From contig JBDREB010000019.1 in assembly GCA_043820325.1 (NCBI GenBank), positions 1 through 49,961 of the forward strand: DNA of 49,961 nucleotides, in the 5' to 3' direction. The notes below the pieces were generated by a model. It searched no databases. It was given only the letters and a program-made list of their open reading frames with translations, and was not told the origin of the DNA. Below, piece after piece: positions 9,969 through 20,201 of the stretch (position 1 is the first letter of the stretch; each line of letters begins with the position of its first letter). The DNA is from Planctomycetota bacterium (lineage in GTDB: Bacteria; Planctomycetota; JBDREB01). A program made the position numbers and the translations under genes.

Positions 9969-11012
9969 TTATTCCACTCCCCTCTCTTCGAGTTTCAGGA
10001 GCTCGTCCTCGAGGTCCATCTCAAAGTTGAGCCCCAGTTCGACCAGCTTGTTCTTGAGTTCCTTGGCGGAGGTCTTGCCGAAGTTGCGGATCTTTTCCAC
10101 TTCCGCTTCGGGCATGGCCGCGATCTCGCCGATGGTCTTGATGCCCTTGGTGGCCAGGCAGTTCAGGGTCCGCACCGACAGGCCGATGCCGTCGATCGCC
10201 GTGGCGAACTTGGCCTTCAGTTCATCCTGGGCCTTGCGCACCTTCTCGTCGGCCAGCCCGGGCTTGCGCTTCTCCTCCAGCTCCATGCCGACTTCGCGAT
10301 AGCGCGTGAAGCAGTTGAGGTGCTTGCGGTAGACATTGGCCGCCTCGAGCATCGCATCCTCGGGATAGATCGTGCCGTCGGTCCAGACCTCCATGACCAG
10401 CTTGTCATAGTCCGTGATCTTGCCGACGCGCGTGTCCTCGACCGCGTACTGGACGCGCAGGATGGGCGAGAAGGTGGCATCGATCGCGATGAAGCCGACG
10501 GGCTGTTCCTGGGTCTTGAGGCGTTCTTCGTTCTCCTCGGCGCTCAAGTACCCGCGGTTCTTCTCCACCACCAGCAGGGCCCGGAAGGTGCCCTTGGCCT
10601 CGGTCTTGGTGCCGATCACATGGCCCGGGTTGACCACTTCCGCGCCCGCCGGGCATTGGACATCGGCGCCGGTGATGTCGCCCGCGCCCTTCTTCTCGAT
10701 GTTCACATCGACCTTGTTCACCTCGCCGGTCAGCCGGAAATTAAGCTCCTTGAGGTTCAGCACGAACTCCTGGACATCCTGGAAGACGCCCGGGATCGTG
10801 GTGAACGCGTGATCGACGCCCTCCAGGCGGACCGCGGTCACGGCCGCGCCCTCGATCGAGGACAGGAGGATCCGGCGGAAACCGTTCCCCAGCGTGTGGC
10901 CGAAACCGCGCTCGAAGGACTCAATGATGAACTTGCCGTAACTGGCGGTCATCGATTCCTTCACCGGCAGGCACCGGGTGGGCAGTTCGAACCCTCTCCA
11001 TCTGATTCTCAT
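9969..11012 (-). CDS. rpoA: DNA-directed RNA polymerase subunit alpha
   Basis: 347 aa. The N-terminal domain and a C-terminal HhH domain (IGLSVRTLNCLATKGIKTIGEIA) are present. Conserved operon position. Confidence 0.96.
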   Translation of the reverse strand: MRIRWRGFELPTRCLPVKESMTASYGKFIIESFERGFGHTLGNGFRRILLSSIEGAAVTAVRLEGVDHAFTTIPGVFQDVQEFVLNLKELNFRLTGEVNKVDVNIEKKGAGDITGADVQCPAGAEVVNPGHVIGTKTEAKGTFRALLVVEKNRGYLSAEENEERLKTQEQPVGFIAIDATFSPILRVQYAVEDTRVGKITDYDKLVMEVWTDGTIYPEDAMLEAANVYRKHLNCFTRYREVGMELEEKRKPGLADEKVRKAQDELKAKFATAIDGIGLSVRTLNCLATKGIKTIGEIAAMPEAEVEKIRNFGKTSAKELKNKLVELGLNFEMDLEDELLKLEERGVE

Positions 11013-11046
11013 TATGACGGTCTCCTGTTAAAGTCCTGTCGAGCGA

Positions 11047-11706
11047 TTACTTCGAGCACAACTCGACGATCAGTCGTTCGTTCACCGGCGCGGATACCGC
11101 TTCGCGCAACGGCCGGCTCTTCACCTTGAACTTCAATTCGGATGCCACGGCGCTCAAGTCCAGCCAGGCCGGCAGTTCCCGGCTCTTGCCCTGGGCCATA
11201 TTCTCCTTGAGGACCGCCACCAGGGTCTCCTTGGCGCCCTTGAACTGGAATTCATCCCCGGCGTCGACGATATAGGAGGGGATGTCAACCCGCTTGCCGT
11301 CCTTGAAGATAAACCCATGGTTGACGAACTGCCGGGCCTGGGAGCGCGAACTGGCTAGGCCGGACAGGAAGACGACATTGTCAAGCCGGCATTCCAGAAG
11401 CACGAGCAGGTTCACGCCGGTGTTGCCCTGCATGCGGTTGGCACGGTCGTAGAAATGCCGGAACTGCCGCTCATAGACGCCGTAGAATCGCTTCAGCTTC
11501 TGCTTCTCGCGCAGCTGCCGGCCGTATTCGGTCGGGCGGCGGCGCCGCTGGGTCATCTTGGCGCCCGGCTTGGACGGCGTGCGCCGGCGCGGGCCCTCCG
11601 AAGCGTTGAAGGGGCATTTGACCGACTCGCACCGTGCGCCGCGCAGGAACAGGCGCTGGCCCTCCGCCCGGCACAGTTTGCACTTGGGACCGATTGTCCT
11701 ACCCAT
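11047..11706 (-). CDS. rpsD: 30S ribosomal protein S4 (Cys-cluster type)
   Basis: MGRTIGPKCKLCRAEGQRLFLRGARCESVKCPF... plus an S4 RNA-binding domain. Confidence 0.95.
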   Translation of the reverse strand: MGRTIGPKCKLCRAEGQRLFLRGARCESVKCPFNASEGPRRRTPSKPGAKMTQRRRRPTEYGRQLREKQKLKRFYGVYERQFRHFYDRANRMQGNTGVNLLVLLECRLDNVVFLSGLASSRSQARQFVNHGFIFKDGKRVDIPSYIVDAGDEFQFKGAKETLVAVLKENMAQGKSRELPAWLDLSAVASELKFKVKSRPLREAVSAPVNERLIVELCSK

Positions 11707-11762
11707 GAACTAAACCTCCTGTCGTTCGCGCTAATTGTTCTGGATCCGGCGACCGCGCCTGA

Positions 11763-12155
11763 TCAGATGCGCCGCTTCTTGCGGGGCCGGCAGCCGTTGT
11801 GGGGCAGGGGCGTCACATCCACGATGGCGCGGAGCTGCATCCCCGCGACCTGCAATCCCCGGATGGCCGATTCGCGCCCTGAACCCGCGCCCTTGACCCG
11901 CACTTCGATCTCGCGCATACCCATCTTGATGGCCTTCTGGGCGGCCTGCTCGCCGGCCAGCTGGCCAGCGTACGAAGTCTTCTTCTTCGCGTTCTGGTAA
12001 CCCACGGTGCCGCCGCTCGCCCAGCACAGGGTGTTGCCGTTGAGATCGGTGACCGTGATCTTGGTGTTCTTGAAGGTGGCCGTGATATGCACGACCCCGC
12101 GCCGGACACTGCGCTTGACCGCCTTGACCCGCTTGCCCTGCTTCTTCGATGCCAT
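11763..12155 (-). CDS. rpsK: 30S ribosomal protein S11
   Basis: GVVHITATFKNTKITVTDLNGNTLCWASGG...VTPLPHNGCRPRKKRRI. Confidence 0.96.
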   Translation of the reverse strand: MASKKQGKRVKAVKRSVRRGVVHITATFKNTKITVTDLNGNTLCWASGGTVGYQNAKKKTSYAGQLAGEQAAQKAIKMGMREIEVRVKGAGSGRESAIRGLQVAGMQLRAIVDVTPLPHNGCRPRKKRRI

Positions 12156-12176
12156 GTGCTCATCTCCCTCCGGTTA

Positions 12177-12560
12177 TTACCGCAGTTCCTTGACGCTGGC
12201 CTTGCGGGCCACGGTCTTGCGCTTGCCCTTGCGGGTCCGGGCATTGGTACGCGTACGCTGGCCCCGCACGGGCAACCCCTGGATATGCCGGATGCCCCGG
12301 TAGCACCGGATGTCCATCAGGCGCTTGATGTTCGTCGTCTGCTGGCGGCGGAGCTCGCCTTCCACGATGATGTGTTTTTCGACATAGGCGTTGATCGCGC
12401 TGATCTCCTCGCGGGTCAGCAGATTCGCGCGCTTGTCGGGATTGATCTTGAGGTCCGCGCATATCTTCACGGCCAGGGTCGGACCCACGCCGAAAATATA
12501 ACGCAGGGCGATCGCCGTGGGCTTGTTATTGGGTATATCTACACCGACGACTCGAGGCAA
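12177..12560 (-). CDS. rpsM: 30S ribosomal protein S13
   Basis: (M)[17 protein letters not shown] start at 12558..12560 with AAAGGA upstream. Confidence 0.95.
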   Translation of the reverse strand: MPRVVGVDIPNNKPTAIALRYIFGVGPTLAVKICADLKINPDKRANLLTREEISAINAYVEKHIIVEGELRRQQTTNIKRLMDIRCYRGIRHIQGLPVRGQRTRTNARTRKGKRKTVARKASVKELR

Positions 12561-12579
12561 GGTGGCATCCTTTCAATCA

Positions 12580-12693
12580 TCATCCCTGGCGTTGTTTGTG
12601 CTTGGGGTTGGCGCAGATGACCCGCACCCGGCCCTTGCGCCGGATGACCCGGCATTCTTCGCACATCCGTTTGACCGACGCTTTAACCTTCAT
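12580..12693 (-). CDS. rpmJ: 50S ribosomal protein L36 (zinc-binding type)
   Basis: Not in the ORF track (too short). Minus-strand ATG 12691..12693 to TGA 12580..12582 translates to [37 protein letters not shown], with C-x2-C-x12-C-x4-H. Confidence 0.9.
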   Translation of the reverse strand: MKVKASVKRMCEECRVIRRKGRVRVICANPKHKQRQG

Positions 12694-12713
12694 TGTATTC
12701 CCTTTGCAATCAT

Positions 12714-12938
12714 TTACTGTTCGTCCTTGCGGTACAGAATGCGGCCCTTGGTGATGTCATACTGCGACATCTCGATGGTCACCACATCGCCGGGCAGGAT
12801 CTTGATGTAGTTCATGCGCATCTTGCCCGAAACATGGGCGAGCACCTCGTAGCCGTTCTCCAGCGCCACCCGGAAAAAGCCGTTGGCCAGCACATCCTTG
12901 ACCACGGCATCAACCTTGATGGCCTCTTCTTTCCCCAT
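12714..12938 (-). CDS. infA: Translation initiation factor IF-1
   Basis: [41 protein letters not shown]...; 74-aa S1-like fold. Confidence 0.96.
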   Translation of the reverse strand: MGKEEAIKVDAVVKDVLANGFFRVALENGYEVLAHVSGKMRMNYIKILPGDVVTIEMSQYDITKGRILYRKDEQ

Positions 12939-12948
12939 TACCGGACTC

Positions 12949-13725
12949 TCAAAAGCATGTCAACACTTCCACGCCGTCATCCAGGATGGCCACGGTGTAT
13001 TCAAAATGCACCGACAGCCGGCGGTCACGGGTGAGGACCGTCCATCCGTCCGCGGCGGTCTCCACCTCGAACGAGCCTTCGGTGAGCATGGGTTCGATCG
13101 CGATGGTCATGCCCGGTTCCAGCCGGAGATCGGCGGGCGGATAGGCGTCCGTGACGAAATTGGGGATCTGGGGCTCCTCGTGCATCCGGCGGCCGATGGT
13201 ATGCCCGACATATTTGCGGAGCACATTATACCCCCGGCCCTCGGCGTAGGACTGGATGCCCGCCGCCAGTTCGCGCAGCGGCATGCCCGGGTGGAGGATA
13301 TCGACCGACCGCTGCAGGGTCTGCCGGCCGGCATCGATGATGTCGGCCGCCTTGCGGGAGACCGGTCCCACCGGCAGGGTCACGGCCATGTCGGCAAAAC
13401 AGCCGCGATGCTTGAGGCCGATATCGATGCTCAGGATATCGCCCGCGGCCAGGATCCGGTCGGCGGCGGGGATGCCGTGGACCACCTCCGCGTTCAGGGA
13501 GGTGCAGATGTTCTTCGGGAAGCCATGGTACCCGAGGAAGGCCGGGGCCACGCCGTGCGCCCGGAACAATTCGGCGGCCCGCTCATCCAGCGCCAGGGTG
13601 GTCACACCGGGCACCACCATGCCGCGGAGCTCGCGGAGGATGCCGGCGAGGATCGCCCCGCCCTCGCGCATCACGGCGAGCCGCTCCAGGCAGGCTGTGG
13701 ACTGGATGACCATGGACACGCCCAT
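12949..13725 (-). CDS. map: Type I methionine aminopeptidase
   Basis: [60 protein letters not shown]. The ORF-track start (13776) lies inside secY, so I trimmed it to an internal Met (13725 or 13713). The start is uncertain. Confidence 0.85.
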   Translation of the reverse strand: MGVSMVIQSTACLERLAVMREGGAILAGILRELRGMVVPGVTTLALDERAAELFRAHGVAPAFLGYHGFPKNICTSLNAEVVHGIPAADRILAAGDILSIDIGLKHRGCFADMAVTLPVGPVSRKAADIIDAGRQTLQRSVDILHPGMPLRELAAGIQSYAEGRGYNVLRKYVGHTIGRRMHEEPQIPNFVTDAYPPADLRLEPGMTIAIEPMLTEGSFEVETAADGWTVLTRDRRLSVHFEYTVAILDDGVEVLTCF

Positions 13726-13726
13726 A

Positions 13727-15043
13727 CTAACGCCGGCGGCCCTTGAGCTTCGTGCGCAGGAAACCGCCGTAATCACGCATGTAGAAATGCTGCTGGATCT
13801 TCTGCATGAGGTCCAGCGACACGCCGATGACGATCAGCATGGCCGTTCCGCCGAAGAGGGAGGATGAGGAGACGAACGGGGTCTTGACCTGCATCCCGAC
13901 CAGCGTCGGCAGGACGGCCACCACGGCCAGAAAGATGGCGCCCATGAACGTGACATAGATCAGGGTCTCATGGAGGAACTCGGCCGTCTTGCGGCCGGCC
14001 CGGTAGCCGGGGATGAAACTGCCGTTCTCCTTGAGGTTCTCGGCCATCTCCTCGGGGTTGAAGAGCATGGCGGTGTAGAAGAAGGTGAAGAAAACGATCA
14101 GGACCACGGTGCCCAGGATGTATTCAAAGGAATAATAATCGAACCAGTTCAGGCCGAACAGGCCGGCCAGGACCTGGGGCGCGGTCATCAGGGCGGAGGC
14201 GAAGATCACGGGGATCACGCCCGCCTGGTTCACCCGGAGCCACAGGGCCTGTTTCTGTCCCCGCATCTGCCGGCCGTACTGCACGGGTATCATGCGCCGG
14301 CCGAGATAGATGTAGACCACGGAGAACAGGATGACCACCACCAGCCCGGCAAGCACCAGGAGCGAACCGATCCCGAGCTGGCTGCCCGATTCATCCGGGC
14401 TGAAGCTCAGGTTCTGGGAGACCTCCAGGAACGCCAGCGGGATGCGGGCGACGATATCGACCATGATGATCAGCGAAACGCCGTTGCCGATGCCGAACTG
14501 GGTGATCTGCTCGCCGATCCACATCAGCACCATCGATCCGGTCGTGATCGTAAGCACACCCGTGAGGATGAACAGCCCCCGGCTGTGGGTGAATATGGTC
14601 GCCCCCGCCGGGCCGCCCATCTCGATGTTGGCCAGGTAGAGGCAGGCGATGAAGGACTGGACCACGGCGATGGCAATGGTCAGGTACCGCGTGTACTGGT
14701 TCAAACGCCGGCGGCCGGGCGCGCCCTCGTCATAGATGGCCTTGAGGGCGGGCACCACCTTGGAGAGCATCTGGATGATGATCGAGGCGCTGATGTAGGG
14801 CATGACGCCCAGGGAGAACAGGGTCGCCCGCGAGAGCGATCCGGCCGTGATGATGCTGAACATCGAAAGGATGTTGCCCATGGCGCCCGTCTGCTGGGTG
14901 AACCACTGGTTGAAGGTCGTGTAATCCAGGAAAGGTATGGGCAGGAAAGTGCCTAGGCGGAACACACCCAGCAGGCCGACGGTGATCAGGATCTGGCGGC
15001 GCAGGTCCCGCTGGCGGAATATGTCCGCAATGGTCTGGAACAT
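13727..15043 (-). CDS. secY: Protein translocase subunit SecY
   Basis: 438-aa polytopic membrane protein in the canonical position after rplO. No adk gene lies between secY and map. Confidence 0.95.
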   Translation of the reverse strand: MFQTIADIFRQRDLRRQILITVGLLGVFRLGTFLPIPFLDYTTFNQWFTQQTGAMGNILSMFSIITAGSLSRATLFSLGVMPYISASIIIQMLSKVVPALKAIYDEGAPGRRRLNQYTRYLTIAIAVVQSFIACLYLANIEMGGPAGATIFTHSRGLFILTGVLTITTGSMVLMWIGEQITQFGIGNGVSLIIMVDIVARIPLAFLEVSQNLSFSPDESGSQLGIGSLLVLAGLVVVILFSVVYIYLGRRMIPVQYGRQMRGQKQALWLRVNQAGVIPVIFASALMTAPQVLAGLFGLNWFDYYSFEYILGTVVLIVFFTFFYTAMLFNPEEMAENLKENGSFIPGYRAGRKTAEFLHETLIYVTFMGAIFLAVVAVLPTLVGMQVKTPFVSSSSLFGGTAMLIVIGVSLDLMQKIQQHFYMRDYGGFLRTKLKGRRR

Positions 15044-15714
15044 CAGTTCTTCCCGCCCGCCGCCGGAGCCGCGCCGTCACCGGCCGGCTTCTCGCCCCTG
15101 GGGGTCTTCTTCGCTTCGCCGCCCTTGGCGTCGCCCGCCTGGGCCTTTTTCTCGGCCTTCCCGCCCTTGGCCGGTTTCTCGCCCTTGGGCCCCTTGTCGC
15201 CCTTGGCGCCCTTTTCGGCCTTGGGGGCCGGGACCGGTTTCGGCTTGGGAACGGGCGGGGCCGTGATGATGGCGGCGGGGACTGTGCCGCCCGCGGCCAG
15301 GATCTTGACCGCGGCGGATTTTGAAACGGCCGCCACGCTGAAGGTGAGGCGGACCTTGATGTCACCCTTGCCGAGGATCTTCACCCGCGGCACGGACCCG
15401 GAGATGACACCCTTCGCCTTGAGCGTCGCCTCGCTCACGGTCTCGCCGTCGACGAAAGCGGCCAGGCGGTACAGGTTGACCGCGGTCAGATCTTTGCGGA
15501 AACGGACATTGCTGAACCCGCGCTTGGGCATGCGGCGGACGAGGGGCATCTGGCCGCCCTCGAAGAACATGTTGGGGAACTTGGACCGGCCGCCCACCCG
15601 GGCCGACTGGCCCTTGCCGCCCTTGCCGGCGGTCTTGCCGTGGCCGGAGCCGGTCCCGCGGCCGACCCGTTTGCGGACATGCTTCCGCTTGACGCAGACA
15701 TCATGAATGTTCAT
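15043..15714 (-). CDS. rplO: 50S ribosomal protein L15 with a long low-complexity C-terminal tail
   Basis: L15 core (KRVGRGTGSGHGKTAGKGGKGQ) plus a Lys/Ala/Pro/Gly-rich tail of about 75 aa (PKPKPVPAPKAEKGAKGDKGPKGEK...). Confidence 0.93.
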   Translation of the reverse strand: MNIHDVCVKRKHVRKRVGRGTGSGHGKTAGKGGKGQSARVGGRSKFPNMFFEGGQMPLVRRMPKRGFSNVRFRKDLTAVNLYRLAAFVDGETVSEATLKAKGVISGSVPRVKILGKGDIKVRLTFSVAAVSKSAAVKILAAGGTVPAAIITAPPVPKPKPVPAPKAEKGAKGDKGPKGEKPAKGGKAEKKAQAGDAKGGEAKKTPRGEKPAGDGAAPAAGGKN

Positions 15715-16433
15715 GAGAGTTTAACTCCTCGCAACGATTCGATGGTCTCGCGGGTCTTCAACTGGTGAAGCGCATCCATGGTGGCCCGGGCCATGTTCAG
15801 CGGATTGCGTTTGCCGTAGACCTTGCTCAGGATGTTGGCCACACCGGCACACATGAGGATGGCGCGCGGGACCGTGCTGGCGATGACACCGGTACCGGCC
15901 TGCGCGGGCAACATCTTGACGCTCGTGGCGTCGGCCCGGCCGAACACCTCGTGCGGGATGGTATCATTGACGATCGGGATCAATTCCATGTGCCGCACGG
16001 CCCGGTTGCGCGCCTTCTGGATCGCCGCGGCGACCACATTGGCCTTGCCCGTCCCCACGCCCACGCGGCCGTTCTGATCACCGGTCACGACCAGCGCACT
16101 GAAGTGGAACCGCCGGCCGCCCTTTACGACCTTGGCGCAACGACGCACCTGAAGGACCTCCTCCATGAGCTCCCGCTCACCGGAGGCGCGTTCGCCGCCC
16201 CGCTCACTGCGGGGACCACGCGGTCCACCGCCCGATCCGCCGCCGGGTCCGCGGCTGCCGCCCGATCCGCCGCCGGGTCCGCGACTGCCGCCCGATCCGC
16301 CGCCGGGTCCGCGACTGCCGCCGCCCGGTCCGCGACTGCCGCCGCCCGGTCCGCGTCCGCCGCGTTCGGGCCGGGCGCCCGATTCAGGGCGTGCGGGTTT
16401 TGCGTTGGATTCGTTCTTCTCGCTGTCGGTCAT
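15711..16433 (-). CDS. rpsE: 30S ribosomal protein S5 with an Arg/Gly-rich N-terminal extension
   Basis: S5 core starts near LQVRRCAKVVKGGRRFHF and is preceded by about 85 aa containing (GGS)RGPGGG repeats. It overlaps the rplO start by 4 nt, leaving no room for rpmD (L30). Confidence 0.93.
   Translation of the reverse strand: MTDSEKNESNAKPARPESGARPERGGRGPGGGSRGPGGGSRGPGGGSGGSRGPGGGSGGSRGPGGGSGGGPRGPRSERGGERASGERELMEEVLQVRRCAKVVKGGRRFHFSALVVTGDQNGRVGVGTGKANVVAAAIQKARNRAVRHMELIPIVNDTIPHEVFGRADATSVKMLPAQAGTGVIASTVPRAILMCAGVANILSKVYGKRNPLNMARATMDALHQLKTRETIESLRGVKLS
16231..16362. repeat. In-frame tandem repeats (30 bp x3, then 21 bp x2) inside rpsE
   Basis: cccgatccgccgccgggtccgcg(g/a)ctgccg x3 (16231..16320), then ccgcccggtccgcg(actg/tccg)ccg x2. 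Confidence 0.85.
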
Positions 16434-16450
16434 GGGGACTCGCTGCCTCC

Positions 16451-16822
16451 CTAAAACTTGACGCCGCTTTTGAGGAAACTCTCGGCGAGCGCCTTGACCC
16501 GCCCGTGGTACTTGTACGGCCCGATATCAAAAACGACCCGCTTGATGCCCAGGGCCTTGGTCTTGTCGCCAAGCATAGTCCCGACAATGACGGCCACCGC
16601 GCTCTTCTTGGTCTTGGGCGGGATCGCGGCCGCGACATCGGTGGTCTTGGACGAAACGCTCAACAGGGTGACGCGCTTCGCGTCATCGATGAGCTGGGTG
16701 TATATGTGATTCAAACTGCGATTCACGCTCAAGCGGGGGCGTTCGGCCGTGCCGTGGTATTTCTTCCGTTTGCGCATGGCCCGCCGTTGACGCAGCAGGC
16801 CTTTCCGTTTGCTGTTCTCCAC
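16451..16822 (-). CDS. rplR: 50S ribosomal protein L18
   Basis: RRAMRKRKKYHGTAERPRLSVNRSLNHIYTQLIDD; canonical position. Confidence 0.95.
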   Translation of the reverse strand: MENSKRKGLLRQRRAMRKRKKYHGTAERPRLSVNRSLNHIYTQLIDDAKRVTLLSVSSKTTDVAAAIPPKTKKSAVAVIVGTMLGDKTKALGIKRVVFDIGPYKYHGRVKALAESFLKSGVKF

Positions 16823-16825
16823 GGA

Positions 16826-17380
16826 TCAACCTCCTTCGCCTGTGAACGACTTGCCAGCCTTGCGGCGGATCACTTCGCCTTCGTACATCACGCCCTTGCC
16901 CTTGTACGGGTCGGGCGGACGCAGTTTGCGGACCATCGCGGCGAACTGGCCGACCTTCTGCCGGTCGGGTCCGGTGACCTCGACGCGGGTGGAGTTGGGC
17001 AGGTTGACCGTGACCCCTTCCAAGACCTCGACCACCTTGATGTCGGCAAAGCCGAGGCTCATCTCGATCTTGCGGCCGTTCAAGATCGCCTTGAAGCCAA
17101 CGCCCTCGATCAGGAGGACCTTGCGGTATCCCTCGGACACGCCGATGACCATGTTGTTCACCAGGCTCCGGAAGAGCCCGTGCCGGCAACGCGCCTCGCG
17201 GCTTTCCTCGGTCCGTTCAAAGACGATCTGCCGGTCCTGGGCGCGGTAGTCGAACCGGATCTTGTCCGATACGGTCAGGGTGAGGACCCCCTTGGGGCCC
17301 TTCACGGAGATGTTCTGGCCCTGGCTGGTCACCTGGACCGCCGCGGGCACCGGGACGGGTTTTTTACCTAAACGGGACAT
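16826..17380 (-). CDS. rplF: 50S ribosomal protein L6
   Basis: MSRLGKKPVPVPAAVQV...; two L6 repeats; 184 aa. Confidence 0.95.
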   Translation of the reverse strand: MSRLGKKPVPVPAAVQVTSQGQNISVKGPKGVLTLTVSDKIRFDYRAQDRQIVFERTEESREARCRHGLFRSLVNNMVIGVSEGYRKVLLIEGVGFKAILNGRKIEMSLGFADIKVVEVLEGVTVNLPNSTRVEVTGPDRQKVGQFAAMVRKLRPPDPYKGKGVMYEGEVIRRKAGKSFTGEGG

Positions 17381-17398
17381 TGCTTTCGACTCCCTCGT

Positions 17399-17800
17399 CT
17401 ACCAGACTTTGCACAGAATTTCGCCGCCGATCTTATCCTGCCGCGCCTTCCGGTCGCTCATCACGCCCCGGGAGGTCGACAGGATGGCGATCCCCATCCC
17501 GTTCCGCACGGGACGCAGGTCGCCGGTGCGCGCATACAGATGCCGGCCGGGCGTGCTGACCCGGACGATCTTGTTGATGATCTTTTCGCCCTTGGGACCG
17601 AACTTGAGGTAGATCTTGATGACCTTGCCGGCCACGGAAGGCTCCAGGACCTTGAAGGAGGAAATGAAGCCCTCTTCCTGAAGGACATCGAGGATCTTTA
17701 TCTTGACCGTGGCGTAGGGGCATTCCACGGTGGTCTTCTGGACCATCAAGCCGTTGCGGATGATCGTGAGCATGTCACCGATCGGGTCGGTCATCACCAT
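17399..17800 (-). CDS. rpsH: 30S ribosomal protein S8
   Basis: TDPIGDMLTIIRNG...GGEILCKVW. Confidence 0.96.
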   Translation of the reverse strand: MVMTDPIGDMLTIIRNGLMVQKTTVECPYATVKIKILDVLQEEGFISSFKVLEPSVAGKVIKIYLKFGPKGEKIINKIVRVSTPGRHLYARTGDLRPVRNGMGIAILSTSRGVMSDRKARQDKIGGEILCKVW

Positions 17801-17821
17801 ACGGAAAGGCTCCTTTGTCGT

Positions 17822-18007
17822 TTACCAGGAACTCTTGCGGACGCCGGGGATCATCCCCTTGTGGGCGAGTTCGCGGAAGCACAGGCGGCAGACGCCGAAC
17901 TTCCGGTAATAGGCCCGGTCCCGGCCGCAGATGCCGCACCGGCGGCAGATCCGCGACGAGAACTTGGGGGTTTTCAGCGCGGCGAGGACGAGTGATTTGC
18001 GTGCCAT
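17822..18007 (-). CDS. rpsN: 30S ribosomal protein S14 type Z (zinc-ribbon)
   Basis: 61 aa; CRRCGICGR...CRLCFRE...GVRKSSW. Confidence 0.95.
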   Translation of the reverse strand: MARKSLVLAALKTPKFSSRICRRCGICGRDRAYYRKFGVCRLCFRELAHKGMIPGVRKSSW

Positions 18008-18008
18008 G

Positions 18009-18569
18009 TCATGCCCCCTCTTTCGCCTTGTCTCTGAACGGCATGCCCATGAGTTTGAGCAGGGCGTAGGACCGCTCGGGCGTGCTGTTGCCGATCACAA
18101 AATTGATGTCCATACCGAAATGGTATTGGACCTTCTCGATGTCGATCTCGGGGAAGATAAGGTGTTCCTTGAGCCCCATGCCGTAGTTGCCCGCCTGGTC
18201 AAAGGACTTTTCGTTGACGCCGCGGAAGTCGCGGATGCGCGGGAGGACCAGGTTGATGAGCTTGTCGACGAAGTTGAACATCATGCGCCGGCGCAGGGTG
18301 ACGCACAATCCCACGGGCATGCCGTCGCGGATCTTGAAGTTCGACACGGCCTTGCGGACCTTGGTCACCAGGGGGCGCTGGCCGGTGAGGGCGGCCAAGT
18401 CGATCTTGACGAAGTCGATGATCTTGGCATCGGCCACGCCGTCGAACCCGATGCCCACATTCACACTCACCTTTTCCAGGCGCGGCAGGGCGTGGATGTT
18501 GGTCGCGCCCAGCTGGAGTTTGAGGGCGGGGAGGATTACCTGCTTGTACCGTTCAATGAGGGGCAGCAT
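18009..18569 (-). CDS. rplE: 50S ribosomal protein L5
   Basis: 186 aa; ...[28 protein letters not shown]...; canonical position. Confidence 0.95.
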   Translation of the reverse strand: MLPLIERYKQVILPALKLQLGATNIHALPRLEKVSVNVGIGFDGVADAKIIDFVKIDLAALTGQRPLVTKVRKAVSNFKIRDGMPVGLCVTLRRRMMFNFVDKLINLVLPRIRDFRGVNEKSFDQAGNYGMGLKEHLIFPEIDIEKVQYHFGMDINFVIGNSTPERSYALLKLMGMPFRDKAKEGA

Positions 18570-18572
18570 AGC

Positions 18573-18923
18573 TTACTTTCCTGTCTTCGCGACCACGGGA
18601 AAATCTTTACCGCACTTCAGACAGACGCGCACTTTGGCGTCTTCCGCCACGCGCATCCGCACGCGCGTGGGTTTGTTGCAGGCGGGGCAGACCAGCATGA
18701 CCTTGGCCACGGGCAGCGGGGCCTCGATCTCGACCCGCCCCCCCTTGGGGTTGCCCTGGCTCGGTTTCTTGTGACGGAAGATCTTGTTGAGACCCTCCAC
18801 CAGGACCCGCGCCGTTTCGGGATAGACCTTGCGTACCCGGCCGCGTTTCTGGTCGACCGGATTGTACTTGGCGCTGCCGCTGATAACTTCAACGATGTCA
18901 CCGGTTCTGATTCGCAATCCCAT
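18573..18923 (-). CDS. rplX: 50S ribosomal protein L24 with C-terminal CxxC...CxxC
   Basis: KOW region (IRTGDIVEVISGS) followed by CPACNKPTRVRMRV...VCLKCGKDF. Confidence 0.92.
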   Translation of the reverse strand: MGLRIRTGDIVEVISGSAKYNPVDQKRGRVRKVYPETARVLVEGLNKIFRHKKPSQGNPKGGRVEIEAPLPVAKVMLVCPACNKPTRVRMRVAEDAKVRVCLKCGKDFPVVAKTGK

Positions 18924-18932
18924 ACTTTGCCT

Positions 18933-19301
18933 TTACACAACCTCTGCGGCCAGGGAAATGATGCGCATGAACTTCTTGTAACGCAATTCGCGCGCCACGG
19001 GACCGAAGATCCGGTTGCCGACCGGTTCGCCCGTATCGGTGATGATCACACAGGAATTGTCGTCGAACCGCACCGCCGACCCGTCGGGGCGCAGGATGTC
19101 ACGGGTCGTGCGCACGATGACCGCCTTGACCTTTTCGCCCTTGCGGATGCGGCTTTGCGGTGTGCACTTCTTCACCGAACCGACGATGATGTCGCCGACC
19201 GTGCCGTAGTACCGGCCCGTGCCGCCGCGGGGCTTGATGCACATGACCACCTTGACCCCGGTGTTGTCCGCGACAGTGAGCATGGTCCGCATCTGGATCA
19301 T
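18933..19301 (-). CDS. rplN: 50S ribosomal protein L14
   Basis: [22 protein letters not shown]...; 122 aa. Confidence 0.97.
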   Translation of the reverse strand: MIQMRTMLTVADNTGVKVVMCIKPRGGTGRYYGTVGDIIVGSVKKCTPQSRIRKGEKVKAVIVRTTRDILRPDGSAVRFDDNSCVIITDTGEPVGNRIFGPVARELRYKKFMRIISLAAEVV

Positions 19302-19305
19302 TTGA

Positions 19306-19584
19306 TTACGCCTTCACAATCGATACCAGCCGCCAGCGCTTGGTCTTGCTCAACGGGCGGGTTTCCGCAATAACCACCTTGTCGCCGATCTGGCACTCAT
19401 CCTTGGGATCATGGGCCTTGAAAATCGTGCGCCGCCGGACATGCTTGAGGTACTTGGGGTGTTTCTGGAGGTATTCCACGGCAACGGTGATGGTCTTGTC
19501 CATCTTGTTGCTGATCACCACGCCCTCGACCGTCTTTTTGGCGAGCACCGTCTTTTTGGCGAGCACCGTCTTGTCATCGATCAT
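19306..19584 (-). CDS. rpsQ: 30S ribosomal protein S17
   Basis: [39 protein letters not shown]; the N-terminus carries a duplicated KTVLAK. Confidence 0.94.
   Translation of the reverse strand: MIDDKTVLAKKTVLAKKTVEGVVISNKMDKTITVAVEYLQKHPKYLKHVRRRTIFKAHDPKDECQIGDKVVIAETRPLSKTKRWRLVSIVKA
19529..19572. repeat. 18-bp in-frame tandem duplication at the 5' end of rpsQ
   Basis: accgtctttttggcgagc x2 plus a partial third copy (encodes [15 protein letters not shown]). Confidence 0.85.
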
Positions 19585-19787
19585 TGCTTGTCCTTTGCCT
19601 TGACCTGCCGTTCCTTGACGATGGTCCGGATCCGGGCGATCTCCCGGCGGTTCTTCCGGAAGATCGAGTTGTTGTCGATCTGCTCGACGACCGACTTGAA
19701 CTCCAGATTGTAGATCTCGCGCCGGAGCGTTTCGATCCGGTTATTCAACTCCTCCGGGGTCATCTCGCGCAATTCATCCGCCTTCAC
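19581..19787 (-). CDS. rpmC: 50S ribosomal protein L29
   Basis: [30 protein letters not shown]. Confidence 0.94.
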   Translation of the reverse strand: MKADELREMTPEELNNRIETLRREIYNLEFKSVVEQIDNNSIFRKNRREIARIRTIVKERQVKAKDKQ

Positions 19788-20200
19788 GAACTTCTCCTGT
19801 CCAGCATGCGGGCCCGCACCGGCAGCTTGAACGACATCCGGCGCAGGGTCTCCCTGGCCATGTCACGCGTGACCCCGCCGATCTCGAACATGACGGTGCC
19901 GGGCTTGACCTTTGCGATCCACTCTTCCGGCTCGCCCTTGCCCTTGCCCATGCGGGTTTCGGCCGGCTTGGCCGTCTGGGCCTTGTGGGGGAAGATCTTG
20001 ATGTAGATCCGGCCGACGCCCTTGAGGAAGTGGCGGGCCGTGATACGGGCCGACTCGATCTGGCGGGAGGTCACCCAGGCCGCCTCGAGCGACTGGATGC
20101 CGTGCTCACCGGAGGTGACGGCATTGCCGCGATGGGCCTTGCCCCAGATCGGACCGAGGTGGCTTTTGCGGTACTTGACGCTTTTGGGCATCAGCGCCAT
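19784..20200 (-). CDS. rplP: 50S ribosomal protein L16
   Basis: LMPKSVKYRKSHLG...; 138 aa. Confidence 0.96.
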   Translation of the reverse strand: MALMPKSVKYRKSHLGPIWGKAHRGNAVTSGEHGIQSLEAAWVTSRQIESARITARHFLKGVGRIYIKIFPHKAQTAKPAETRMGKGKGEPEEWIAKVKPGTVMFEIGGVTRDMARETLRRMSFKLPVRARMLDRRSS

Positions 20201-20201
20201 A

